The notes under the pieces are model-generated. The model worked only from the letters and a program-made list of their open reading frames with translations, did no database searches and was not told the DNA's origin. Shown in pieces: positions 1 to 9,174 of a stretch of 64,000 nt of DNA. This DNA is from a virus (Duplodnaviria; Heunggongvirae; Uroviricota; Caudoviricetes). Position 1 is the stretch's first letter, and each line of letters starts with the position of its first letter. The stretch lies in IMG/VR virus record IMGVR_UViG_3300037852_000238; one strand, written 5' to 3'. A program made the position numbers and the translations under genes.

Positions 1-1
1 C

Positions 2-310
2 AGCATCCCGTACAACCAGGCCGGCAACGGGTTGATCGCCGCGGCGTGCTCCGATGTTATTGCTGCAGGGATCTTTAACGGCATAATCCAGCCCGGTGTG
101 ACCCTCTCTGCGGCACAGGCTGCTGAGGTCAACGCGGCGTCCGGTGGCAACGATATCGCGCCGATTCTTTCCACCCGCGGATGGTATCTTCAGGTCTTGC
201 CGGCCTCTGCTGCAGTGCGGGCAGCGCGTGGTAGTCCGCCGATCAATTTCTGGTGGACCAGCGGGCAGAGCGTGAATCAGATCTCCCTCAACTCTATCCT
301 CGTCCAGTAG
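2..310 (+). CDS. phage structural protein, C-terminal fragment (gene starts upstream of window; possibly tail sheath by position)
   Basis: Open frame from window start to stop at 310; followed by tube/chaperone/tape-measure order. Confidence 0.35.
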   Translation, partial: SIPYNQAGNGLIAAACSDVIAAGIFNGIIQPGVTLSAAQAAEVNAASGGNDIAPILSTRGWYLQVLPASAAVRAARGSPPINFWWTSGQSVNQISLNSILVQ

Positions 311-321
311 CGGAGGCAACA

Positions 322-771
322 ATGCCCACGATCACCTCCGCCAACTCGGTCTTCGTCTTGACAATTCCTAACGTGTTCGGGAACGGCGTGCAGTTGCAAG
401 GGTTCGGTCCAGACGAGGCGTTCGACACCGCCGACGTTGACGCGATCGAGACTCAGGTCGGCGTCGACGGTACCGGCGTTGGCGGCTGGCTGCCGCGCGA
501 GGTCGAGCAGACGATCACGCTGCTGGCCTCCAGCCCGAGCAACGCGGTGTTCGACCAGTGGATCGCGGCGCAGGACGCGATCCAGGACGTTATCTACGCC
601 TCGGGCGTCATCCGGCTGCCGTCGCTCTCGATCCAGTACGCGCTGGCCCAGGGCGTACTGCGCCGTTACAACACAACGCCGAACGCGCGCCGCGTGCTTC
701 AGCCGCGCCGTCAGATGATCCGCTGGCTGCCCCAGCCCGGCTCGCCGGCCGTCACCGTCTCGCCGCTGTAA
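322..771 (+). CDS. putative tail tube / major tail protein (149 aa)
   Basis: ATG with GGAGG RBS upstream; position immediately before chaperone and tape measure; TAATG overlap with next gene. Confidence 0.45.
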   Translation: MPTITSANSVFVLTIPNVFGNGVQLQGFGPDEAFDTADVDAIETQVGVDGTGVGGWLPREVEQTITLLASSPSNAVFDQWIAAQDAIQDVIYASGVIRLPSLSIQYALAQGVLRRYNTTPNARRVLQPRRQMIRWLPQPGSPAVTVSPL

Positions 772-1340
772 TGCGCAAGACCAAAGACGTTACGATCACG
801 CCGGAGACCTGCCCCTCAGCCGAGGGGCGCGACTACGGTAAGACCTTCCGCTTGACCGAGATGTCGGCGTTCGACGCCGAGGAGTGGGGCACGCAGGCGA
901 CGTTGGCTCTGATCCCGCGGCTCTCGCGCGAGGTTTCGCCGGAGATCGCCGAGGAGCTGCGCGAGAACCCCGGCATGGCGCCGGTGTCGCGCGTCGGGCT
1001 CTTGCTCTCCGGCATCTCGTTCCCCGAGACCAAGGCGCTGATGGACCGCCTTATGAAGTGTGTCCAGGTGGTTACCTCGCCGGACGCGCGTATCCCGCCG
1101 CGTGCGCTCAACGGGGCCGGCGCGGAGGACATCGAGGAGGTCGAGACCATCCGCTACCTGCGTGAGGAGGTGCTCCAACTGCACACGGGTTTTACGCTGG
1201 CCGCCAGCCTCTTCTCCTTGCTGGCGGTGGCGGCGACGACCCCGGCCTACGAACCTACGTCAACCTCCCGCAATCCGTCGGCGCCGTTCTCTCCGCCCGC
1301 CTCGCCACGCTCGCCGAGCTCCAGACGGTCTACGGGCTAG
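771..1340 (+). CDS. tail assembly chaperone, unshifted frame-0 product
   Basis: Starts at TAATG overlap; located directly upstream of tape measure; contains slippery heptamer. Confidence 0.5.
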   Translation: MRKTKDVTITPETCPSAEGRDYGKTFRLTEMSAFDAEEWGTQATLALIPRLSREVSPEIAEELRENPGMAPVSRVGLLLSGISFPETKALMDRLMKCVQVVTSPDARIPPRALNGAGAEDIEEVETIRYLREEVLQLHTGFTLAASLFSLLAVAATTPAYEPTSTSRNPSAPFSPPASPRSPSSRRSTG

Positions 1341-1414
1341 AGGACCTCGCGAACATGCTGGAGGTGCTTGCGGTCGACGCGCACAACCAGCGCATCCTGA
1401 TGAAGCAGGACTGA
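771..1414 (+). CDS. tail assembly chaperone, -1 frameshift fusion product (frame 0 to frame 2 at 1187-1193)
   Basis: Heptamer G GGT TTT in X XXY YYZ register; frame-2 ORF is open from 1166 to TGA at 1412-1414, ending 1 nt before tape-measure start, and reads protein-like (…LATLAELQTVYGLEDLANMLEVLAVDAHNQRILMKQD). Confidence 0.5.
1187..1193 (+). other. programmed -1 ribosomal frameshift slippery site GGGTTTT
   Basis: Canonical X XXY YYZ heptamer in chaperone gene upstream of tape measure. Confidence 0.5.
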
Positions 1415-1415
1415 A

Positions 1416-3752
1416 TTGCCGACCATTTTGGACTCGCTTGTAGTCGAGCTTGCGCTTGATCCAACGCGCTTTAACGAGGGCGAGCGCGAGGCGATCCGCT
1501 CGCTGGCGAAGATGCGCGAGTCGGCCGAGCGCGGGGTCGACGCGCTCGGCACCACGACGAAGCGGGGGCTGAAGGATTACCTCGCGTCGTTTGACGAACA
1601 ACTCAAGACCGTCCAGCTCGCGCTTGTCAATCTCGGCGCGCAGTCGCGCCGCTCCGGCGAGACCGTCCGCTCGGGCGCGATGGCTGGGGCCGAGGGTTTC
1701 TCGGCGCTGGCTACAGCGGGCCTGGCGGCCTACGCCGCGCTCAAGACGGTTCAGGAGACGCTCGGCAAGATCGGGCAGACGGTTGGCGGGGCGGTACAGA
1801 CCGGGCGCTCGGCCTTCTTCACCGGGTTGCCGGTCCAGTGGCTCTCGGCCTTCGGTCAGTATGCCTTTGCCACCGGCAACGTGCCGCAGGCCCAGACCGA
1901 GGCGCTGCTCAACCAGTTCCAGCAGCAACGTGAGACCTACAAGCTAACCGGGCAGTACCCCGCGGAGTTTTCCACGCTCTCGCGGTTTTTCGGGATGGGC
2001 GAGGCGGACCTTGCCAACTTGCCGATGCCCGAGTTGCTCCAACGAATTTCCGCGGGATTGCAATCGCGCCGCGGGCCGGAGATCCAGAACCTCCTAAGCC
2101 GGCTCAATCTGGGCCAGCTAGCGCCAACGCTCGCACGCGGCCCGGAGGCACTCCAGCGTGGCGTCGCGGAGCACCTGCCGACGGCGGTGACGCCGGGGCA
2201 ATACGAGGCATTCCAGAAGCTTCAGGAGGCGATCAACAACGTCGAGACCGCGTGGGACGGCCTCGTGCGCCGTGTCATCGAGGCTAACCCGCAATGGTTG
2301 ACCATCGTCACGACCTGGCGCGACTGGCTTGTCCAGTTGCAGTCGACCCCGGAGGGCCTCCGGGCGGTCGAGGCCGCGGCGACGGCCGTCTCGATCGTCA
2401 TCGGGTTCACTATCGTCGCGGCGGTTGAGAAGTTTGTGCTCGCGGTAATCGCAGCCAACGCGCGTATGCTGGCGACGCCGCTCGGGCGCCTTCTCCTGAT
2501 CGGTTATGGCGCCTACGAGGGGGCCAAGGAACTCTACCAGCACCCGTTGCAGCACCTGATCCCCGAGACGCCGGAGCAGTACCGCAAGCGCATCGAGGGA
2601 TATAAGCAAGAGCAGGGGATCGACGACGCCAAGTCTGGTTGGACGTGGTGGAAGCCTTGGACATGGGGGAATACGGTTAAGGATACGCAGGCGGTGCCGG
2701 CTCCCCAGAGTGGTATCTTTCCCGCCGGAAGATTATCGGTCGCGCAGATGCGTGACCTCGCGCTCCAGACCGGGTTCAGCCCGCAGGATGCGCCGACGAT
2801 CGCCGCCATTGCGATGGCCGAGAGCGGTGGGAACCCGAACGCCAGGGGTGCCGCTGGGGAGTACGGGATAACGCAGATCCTACCCGGTTCGACGGGTGCG
2901 CACGTCCAAGCGGCCGAGGCCTACGGCAACCCGCTGCGCGCAATGCAGCTGGCGCACGAGATCTTCCAGTCGGAAGGCTGGAGGGCTTGGTCCGTCTACA
3001 AGAGCGGCGCTTATCAAAGTTATATGGGGGCCGCGGCTCAGGCCGCTCCTGCCGCTGCAGCTCTGGTGACCCCGGCCGCCGGCACCTACGCCGCCGCGCT
3101 GGGTGACAGCATCGCGGTCGGCCTCGCCGCGGCGGGGGCTGGGGGCGGCAGTTACCGCGACGATCCGGCGTTCCGCCGCGACCTCGCGATCGACGCGGTC
3201 TCCGGCCGCACGCCGGCCGAGGTGCTGGCGCAGATCCAAGGATCGGACCTCTCGCGCTGGCGTGGCCGGAACGTGCTGCTGTCCTCCGGGGCCAGTAACG
3301 ACCCGTCGCAGATCGGGCTTGTCGCACAGCAGATCGCTGCGCTGCGCACCGCGGGGGCCAACCCGACGCTGCTCGGCGTCGGGGAAGGTGTGCAGGGTTA
3401 TGGACAGGTCAACAAGCAGCTTGCGGCCATCGCCGCGGGAGCCGGAGCGAACTTCTCGCTCGGTCGTCCGACTTCCACTGGAGCGCTGGAGGGGACCGAG
3501 GGCGGTCGGGTTCATCCCGGTTCTTACGGGACGGATTTACGCGACTTGAACAACAACCTCGCCGTCATCCGCTCCGGAACCGGCGCCCCGCACCGCAGCG
3601 TCACCAACGACAACAGCGTTGACAACGACGTGAACGCGACGATCTACATGACGCCGCCGAACACGGCCGACCCGCGGGCTTGGGGGCACGCCGCGGCGGC
3701 GCAGCTGAAATCTTCGCTGACCGTCACCTCGGCCAATACGGGGCTGGAGTAA
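1416..3752 (+). CDS. tail tape measure protein with lytic transglycosylase (SLT-like) and SGNH/GDSL-like segments
   Basis: 778 aa, Ala/Gln-rich coiled regions; segment GITQILPGSTGAHVQAAEAYGNPLRAMQLAHEIFQSEGWRAWSVYKSGAY resembles SLT lysozyme-like domain; GDSIAVG…SSGASND resembles SGNH hydrolase blocks; TTG start. Confidence 0.85.
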   Translation: MPTILDSLVVELALDPTRFNEGEREAIRSLAKMRESAERGVDALGTTTKRGLKDYLASFDEQLKTVQLALVNLGAQSRRSGETVRSGAMAGAEGFSALATAGLAAYAALKTVQETLGKIGQTVGGAVQTGRSAFFTGLPVQWLSAFGQYAFATGNVPQAQTEALLNQFQQQRETYKLTGQYPAEFSTLSRFFGMGEADLANLPMPELLQRISAGLQSRRGPEIQNLLSRLNLGQLAPTLARGPEALQRGVAEHLPTAVTPGQYEAFQKLQEAINNVETAWDGLVRRVIEANPQWLTIVTTWRDWLVQLQSTPEGLRAVEAAATAVSIVIGFTIVAAVEKFVLAVIAANARMLATPLGRLLLIGYGAYEGAKELYQHPLQHLIPETPEQYRKRIEGYKQEQGIDDAKSGWTWWKPWTWGNTVKDTQAVPAPQSGIFPAGRLSVAQMRDLALQTGFSPQDAPTIAAIAMAESGGNPNARGAAGEYGITQILPGSTGAHVQAAEAYGNPLRAMQLAHEIFQSEGWRAWSVYKSGAYQSYMGAAAQAAPAAAALVTPAAGTYAAALGDSIAVGLAAAGAGGGSYRDDPAFRRDLAIDAVSGRTPAEVLAQIQGSDLSRWRGRNVLLSSGASNDPSQIGLVAQQIAALRTAGANPTLLGVGEGVQGYGQVNKQLAAIAAGAGANFSLGRPTSTGALEGTEGGRVHPGSYGTDLRDLNNNLAVIRSGTGAPHRSVTNDNSVDNDVNATIYMTPPNTADPRAWGHAAAAQLKSSLTVTSANTGLE

Positions 3753-4634
3753 GTGCCCTCGCCGCTCGTCCCGTTCGTCCCGCCGATCCTCCCTTTCGCG
3801 CCGGGCATCCCGGCGCTTTTCGCATCCGCCGGCGTCCCGCCGTCGTTGGCGCTGGCTACGGCCGACGGCCCCGGCATCCTGAGCCTGTTCGGCCAGGAGC
3901 AGTGGGGTATCTTTGATGCTTCCGGCAACCCGGTGCTGACCGTCGATGCCGTGGCCTCGGTGGAGTATGCGCGGGATTATCGCATCTCCGATTATCCGCA
4001 GGAGCAGGGGGCGTTCGAGAGCTACAACAAGGTCCAGGTTCCGTTTCAGGCCAAGGTCGGTTTTCTGCTAAACCAGAGCCGGGTCGCTTTCCTCAACGAG
4101 ATCGAGGCGCAGCTCGCGACGCTCTCGCTGGTCTCGGTGGTGACGCCGGAGGTCAGCTACCCCTCGGCCAACCTGACGCACTACGGCTACCGCCGCGTCG
4201 CGCGCAACGGCGTGACAATGGTCCTGGTCGAGGTGTGGTGCGAGGAGGTTCGCGTGACTGCCTCCACGGACCTCACTGGTGGTGGTGGCACCGCCGGCGG
4301 CGCCACCACGCAAAGCGTCAACGGCGCGACCGCGCTCCAGGGTGGCACGGTTCAGGCCCAGCCGACCACGACGACGCCGACCAACCTGGTGACGGGTCTG
4401 CCGGACCAGACGGTTTCGCCGTCACCGCCGCCCACCTCGCTGACCACGCCGAACGTGGGGCCGGCGTACTATACCGCGGACAACTTGCCGACCGTGCCGA
4501 ATTTCGCGTCGCAGCTGACGCCGCAGCAGCTCTCCGGCGCGACGGCGCAGAGCCAGGCGACGGACGCCGCGCAGGCGCAGGTCACGTCGCCGGACGCGAA
4601 CGGTAATATCACCTGGTCTTTCGTCGGCCCGTAA
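3753..4634 (+). CDS. phage tail protein (Thr/Gly/Pro-rich C-terminus)
   Basis: GTG start adjacent to tape-measure stop; position in tail module. Confidence 0.45.
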   Translation: MPSPLVPFVPPILPFAPGIPALFASAGVPPSLALATADGPGILSLFGQEQWGIFDASGNPVLTVDAVASVEYARDYRISDYPQEQGAFESYNKVQVPFQAKVGFLLNQSRVAFLNEIEAQLATLSLVSVVTPEVSYPSANLTHYGYRRVARNGVTMVLVEVWCEEVRVTASTDLTGGGGTAGGATTQSVNGATALQGGTVQAQPTTTTPTNLVTGLPDQTVSPSPPPTSLTTPNVGPAYYTADNLPTVPNFASQLTPQQLSGATAQSQATDAAQAQVTSPDANGNITWSFVGP

Positions 4635-4635
4635 G

Positions 4636-5106
4636 ATGGCCTCACCTTCCGTCCTGATAACGCCCTCGGGGCAGATCCTTGGTGCGGGCCTCTCGCCGCT
4701 CACCGGCGTGCCGACGACGTTGTTGCTGGCGAACGGCGCCGTTACGCTCAGCACGCCTTCGGTGGTCCCGTTACAGCCGCTCCCGGCGCAACTACTGCGG
4801 GTCTCGCTCGGGGGGCAGGCGACCACTATCAAGGTCTACTTCAAACAGATCACGGTTCCTCTGGCCGCGCAGATCCCGACCGTGCCGCCGCCCTACGGGG
4901 CGATCACCCCGTGTTTCCTCGATCTTTACGTCAACGACGCGCTGGTGATCGGCGGGGTGTTGTGTCAGCATGAGAACTTGATCGTGAGGGATTCATATCT
5001 TGGATTCATCGGTGATCTATCGATGATCGATACACAGGGCTCTGAAGACCCTCAAGTGGCGGGACTTGGTTCGCGCTGGATTTTGAGTTATTGGCCCGAC
5101 TTGTAG
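4636..5106 (+). CDS. phage tail protein, 156 aa
   Basis: Tightly packed between tail genes. Confidence 0.4.
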   Translation: MASPSVLITPSGQILGAGLSPLTGVPTTLLLANGAVTLSTPSVVPLQPLPAQLLRVSLGGQATTIKVYFKQITVPLAAQIPTVPPPYGAITPCFLDLYVNDALVIGGVLCQHENLIVRDSYLGFIGDLSMIDTQGSEDPQVAGLGSRWILSYWPDL

Positions 5107-6030
5107 ATGGTCTCCTCCCCTTATGCCAAGCGCCAGATTGTCCTGACCTTCAAGCTGGGTGCCGCGCAGGTGGCCGGTAACGTCGCTGGGGGGATCGCGG
5201 GGAGCAACACTGGCGCTGCGTCGGGCTTCAGCCAGATGACTGTCTCCGGTTTGCGCACCTTTGTCCAGGTTAGCCAGGCGATGACGCCGCAGCCGTCGCA
5301 GTGCCAGATCAGGGTCTTCGGGCTCACCCTCGACCAGATCAACACGCTGACCAAGACAGGTTCGGTGTTCCAGGTGCGTAACAACCAGGTCGCGGTGCAG
5401 GCCGGGGACGACCAGTCGGGCCTGGCGACGATCTTCAACGGGATCATCTACTGGGCCGTCCCAGAGTTCGGCGAGCAGCCCGAGACCTCGTTCCTGATCA
5501 AGGCCAACCCCGGCGGTACGATCCAGCTCAAGCCGACGCCGGCGGTCTCGTTCCCCAAGTCGGTCGCGGCCGATGTGGCGCTGAAGCAGATACTGCAGCC
5601 AGCCGGCGTGACGCTGGAAGCGAACGGCACGATGCCGACCCTGGCCAGCCCGTACTTCCCCGGCACGGTCTGGCAGCAGGCCATGCGCGCGCTCGCCGCT
5701 GGCGACCTGTTCGGCTATTACGACGGTGTCGCGCAGAAGCTGGCCGTGTGGCCCAAGACCGGCAACCGCTCCACCTCGCCGATCACGATCTCCCCGGCGA
5801 CGGGCATGATTGGCTACCCGGAATACATGGAGAACCAGATCCGCGTGCGCACGCTGTTTGATCCAAGTTTCCAGAACGCGACGCCGGGGACGCAGATCCA
5901 GGTTCAGAGTCAGTTGACCCCGGCCAGCGGCAAGTTTGTGCTAAACGTGGTGGACTACAACCTTTCCTCCGAGGCGCCTGGTGGCCCCTGGGAGATGGTA
6001 CTGACCGCAGCGCCGACCGGGACCGAATAG
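5107..6030 (+). CDS. phage tail/baseplate hub-like protein (307 aa)
   Basis: Position between tape measure and baseplate V/W/J-like genes. Confidence 0.45.
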   Translation: MVSSPYAKRQIVLTFKLGAAQVAGNVAGGIAGSNTGAASGFSQMTVSGLRTFVQVSQAMTPQPSQCQIRVFGLTLDQINTLTKTGSVFQVRNNQVAVQAGDDQSGLATIFNGIIYWAVPEFGEQPETSFLIKANPGGTIQLKPTPAVSFPKSVAADVALKQILQPAGVTLEANGTMPTLASPYFPGTVWQQAMRALAAGDLFGYYDGVAQKLAVWPKTGNRSTSPITISPATGMIGYPEYMENQIRVRTLFDPSFQNATPGTQIQVQSQLTPASGKFVLNVVDYNLSSEAPGGPWEMVLTAAPTGTE

Positions 6031-6696
6031 GTGTCCGACGCTCTCCAGGGTGCGGCCGACTCGCGCTCGGTCTCGACCGACTTCCACGCCAGCCAGTTCC
6101 ACATCCAGCAGGCGCTGGCACAGATCTCGACCGCGACTTTGGTCAAGGTGGTCAAGGCGCCGTACGACAAGAACGGCGCAGCACTGACGCCCGGCGCGGC
6201 GGTACCGATTGGATTTATTGACGTCCAGCCACTCGTCAATCAACTGGACGGGTTCGGCAACGCGACGCCGCACGGCACGGTCTATCGGCTCTCCTACTAC
6301 CGCCATTCTGGTGGCAACGGCGCGTTTATTACTGACCCGGTTGTTGGCGATATTGGCAAGATGGTCGTCGCCGACCGCGACACTTCGGTCGTGCGCTCGA
6401 CCAACGCGGCGGCTAATCCGGGGTCGCGGCGGAAGTTCAGCAAAGAAGATGGTACATATTTCGGAACGACGCAGGGCGCAACGGCGCCGACGCAGTATTT
6501 CGCGTGGCTTGCAAAGGGCTTCAATATAACTGACGCCTACGGGAACACGATGGTCGGAACCCAGAATGGCGTATTGATCAATGGTTGTCTGATCAATAAG
6601 TCAGGTGACGTTATAACTAAAAATGGCAAGAACCTCGATACGCACATCCATACGGGAGTTACTTCTGGCAACTCTAATAGCGGTCCTCCAGTTTAA
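6031..6696 (+). CDS. baseplate assembly/spike protein (gpV / Mu gp45-like)
   Basis: 221 aa; position immediately before W-like and J-like baseplate genes. Confidence 0.45.
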   Translation: MSDALQGAADSRSVSTDFHASQFHIQQALAQISTATLVKVVKAPYDKNGAALTPGAAVPIGFIDVQPLVNQLDGFGNATPHGTVYRLSYYRHSGGNGAFITDPVVGDIGKMVVADRDTSVVRSTNAAANPGSRRKFSKEDGTYFGTTQGATAPTQYFAWLAKGFNITDAYGNTMVGTQNGVLINGCLINKSGDVITKNGKNLDTHIHTGVTSGNSNSGPPV

Positions 6697-6698
6697 CT

Positions 6699-7127
6699 GT
6701 GGATACTTTACTCCTCGGGCTTAATACTTGGGATTTGACGATTGACGCATCGGCTAATATCGCTGTTGCGACGGAGCCTTACGCGGTCGCCCAGGACGTG
6801 GCTTCGGCGTGCCGGACCTTTCTCGGTGAGCCATGGTATTCCAAAAATTTGGGAATCCCGTACTTCCAACAGATCCTTGGCAAACTGCCGCCGGCATCGC
6901 TGGTCAAGGCACTGGAGGAGGCCACCGCGCTGACCGTCCCCGGCGTCGTGTCAGCGACGTGCCTGCTTACCGCCCTCGCCAGGCGTGCTCTGGGCGGCCA
7001 GATCAAGCTTATGCTCGATGACGGTACGGTGGCCGTGGTGAACGCTTCGACGCTCCAGGGGCCGACGCCGTGGTACGTGACGGCGGTTTCGCCGCAGGCG
7101 GCCGGTAGCCAGGCGGGTGGTCCGTAG
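6699..7127 (+). CDS. baseplate wedge protein (gpW / GP46 / gp25-like)
   Basis: 142 aa; size and position typical of gp25/W family preceding J-like protein. Confidence 0.5.
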   Translation: MDTLLLGLNTWDLTIDASANIAVATEPYAVAQDVASACRTFLGEPWYSKNLGIPYFQQILGKLPPASLVKALEEATALTVPGVVSATCLLTALARRALGGQIKLMLDDGTVAVVNASTLQGPTPWYVTAVSPQAAGSQAGGP

Positions 7128-8599
7128 TGTCTTCGCCGTTTCCGCCCAACACCGCATGCCCTTTCCCCACACTCGGGCCGCAGGGCTTCATAGTCCCCTC
7201 CGAGTCCGCGATCCTGGCCGGTGTGATGGCCGACATCAACGCGGCTTTCGGCAACAACCTAAACCCCGCGCTGACGACGCCGCAGGGGCAGCTCGCGTCG
7301 AGCGAGGCGGCGGTCATCGGCGACTCGTTCGCGGTGTTCGCGTGGTTCTGCAACATGGTCGACCCGGCCTACTCGGTCGGGCGCATGCAGGACGCGATCG
7401 GGCGCATCTACTTCATTAAGCGCATCGCGGGGGAGCCGACCGTCCAGCCTTGCGTCTGCGCGGGGCTGGACGGGACCACGGTGCCGAACGGCGCGCTGGC
7501 GCAGGACCCGGCGGGCAACCTTTGGGTGGCCCAGGCGAACGGCACGATCGCCGCCGGTTCGGTGACGCTGAACTTCGCGTGCGCGACGAATGGTCCGACG
7601 CCGGGGCCGCCGAGCCTTATCATCTACCAGGCGGTGTTCGGCCTGGAGAGCATCACGCCAACCGGCCCCGCGGCGCTCGGCCGGTTGGTCGAGACCCCGG
7701 CGCAGTTCGAAGCGCGCCGGGCCGCGTCCACCGGGATAAACTCGCTGGGGCCGCTTAACGCGATCCTGGCGGCGGTGCTCCAGGTGCCCGGCGTGCTCGA
7801 CGCATTGGCGCTGGAGAACGATAACTCGACGAGCCAGACGGTTGGTGGGGTATTGCTCCTTGCTAATTCGATCTTCATCTCTGTGGTCGGCGGCAGCGAC
7901 GCGGCGGTGGCGTTCGCAATCTGGTCGCGTAAGGCGCCGGGGTGCAATTACTCCGGCAATACGACCGTGGTGATCACCGACCCGAACCCGGCCTACCAGC
8001 CGCCGGCACCGACGTACAACGTCTCTTTTGGACGCCCGCCGCTGGTACCGTTCGCGGTTGTCGTGACCCTGAAAAACAGCTCGCAAGTCCCGTCCGATGC
8101 GTTGACGCTCGTCCAGAACGCGGTGATTGCGGCCTTTGCCGGACTAGACGGCGGACCGCGTGCCAAGATCGGTTCGCTGGTCTACGCCAGCCGCTATTAC
8201 GCGCCGGTCGCCGCGCTCGGGAACACCTACAACGGCACCACTGGGCAGGTTACACCGGGGTGGTCCGCGCCGATCGTTTCCATCCAGCTCGGGGTTGACG
8301 CTGCGGCGGCGACGATCACCGGGACGATAAACGGTACGACGCTCGCGGTCTCCGCGGTCTCGTCCGGCACGGTCGCGGTTGGCGACCTGGTCGAGGGCTC
8401 CGGCGTGGCGCCGGGGACGATCATCAACGCACTGGCCGGCGGCACGGGGTTAACCGGCAACTACCTGGTCAACCTCTCGCAGACGACTGGTACCGCTAGC
8501 CAGACAATGAACCTGACTGCGCTGCTCAACGACGTGCCGCTCAACGCGCTGCAGGCGCCGGTGGTGAGCGCGGCTAATATATACTTGAACCTGGTTTAA
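7127..8599 (+). CDS. baseplate J-like protein
   Basis: 490 aa; follows W-like gene, precedes I-like and fiber genes (Mu/P2 order). Confidence 0.6.
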   Translation: MSSPFPPNTACPFPTLGPQGFIVPSESAILAGVMADINAAFGNNLNPALTTPQGQLASSEAAVIGDSFAVFAWFCNMVDPAYSVGRMQDAIGRIYFIKRIAGEPTVQPCVCAGLDGTTVPNGALAQDPAGNLWVAQANGTIAAGSVTLNFACATNGPTPGPPSLIIYQAVFGLESITPTGPAALGRLVETPAQFEARRAASTGINSLGPLNAILAAVLQVPGVLDALALENDNSTSQTVGGVLLLANSIFISVVGGSDAAVAFAIWSRKAPGCNYSGNTTVVITDPNPAYQPPAPTYNVSFGRPPLVPFAVVVTLKNSSQVPSDALTLVQNAVIAAFAGLDGGPRAKIGSLVYASRYYAPVAALGNTYNGTTGQVTPGWSAPIVSIQLGVDAAAATITGTINGTTLAVSAVSSGTVAVGDLVEGSGVAPGTIINALAGGTGLTGNYLVNLSQTTGTASQTMNLTALLNDVPLNALQAPVVSAANIYLNLV

Positions 8600-8601
8600 C
8601 A

Positions 8602-9174
8602 GTGCTCGACGTTGATAAGACGGTAATCAGCCAGTACAGCAACAGTCCTGTACTGACGCAGTTAATTGAAAATTTTAATACTTGTGTCGATCCGACGGTA
8701 GATCTACAACAGTTCTACGATTTAATCTGGAACATAGACACCGCACAGGGGGTCGGTCTCGACATTTGGGGACGAATTGTGGGAATCGGCCGAGTTTTAA
8801 CGGTAACCAGCGGCGTTTACTTAGGCATGACCGGCGCTGGCGGCGCCAGCGGCGAGACCTTCAACACCGGCATCTTCTACTCCGGCCAGACGATCACCAG
8901 CAACTACCGGCTGACCGACGAGGCTTACCGCCTGCTGATCCTGGCCAAGGCGGCGGCCAACATCTCGAACGGTTCGGTCCAGTCGATCAACGCGATCCTG
9001 ATGAACCTTTTCCCCAATCGTGGCAACTGCTACGTGACCGATAATGGCAACATGAGCCTGACTTACACCTTCCAGTTCCCGCTCCAGCCGTTCGAGGTAG
9101 CGATCATCAACACTTCCGGTGTGCTGCCCAAGCCGGCCGGCGTCGCCGCGGGCATCAGCTACCCGATACTCTGA
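8602..9174 (+). CDS. tail protein I-like (Mu gp48 / DUF2313-like)
   Basis: 190 aa; between J-like gene and tail fiber. Confidence 0.45.
   Translation: MLDVDKTVISQYSNSPVLTQLIENFNTCVDPTVDLQQFYDLIWNIDTAQGVGLDIWGRIVGIGRVLTVTSGVYLGMTGAGGASGETFNTGIFYSGQTITSNYRLTDEAYRLLILAKAAANISNGSVQSINAILMNLFPNRGNCYVTDNGNMSLTYTFQFPLQPFEVAIINTSGVLPKPAGVAAGISYPIL

Noticed and set aside
816-1184. Antisense ORFs opposite the chaperone and tape-measure genes (816..1184 -, 1260..1928 -, 2118..2609 -, 2776..3515 -)
   Set aside because: Arg/Ala/Pro/Gly-rich low-complexity translations typical of GC-rich shadow frames; they overlap well-supported forward genes
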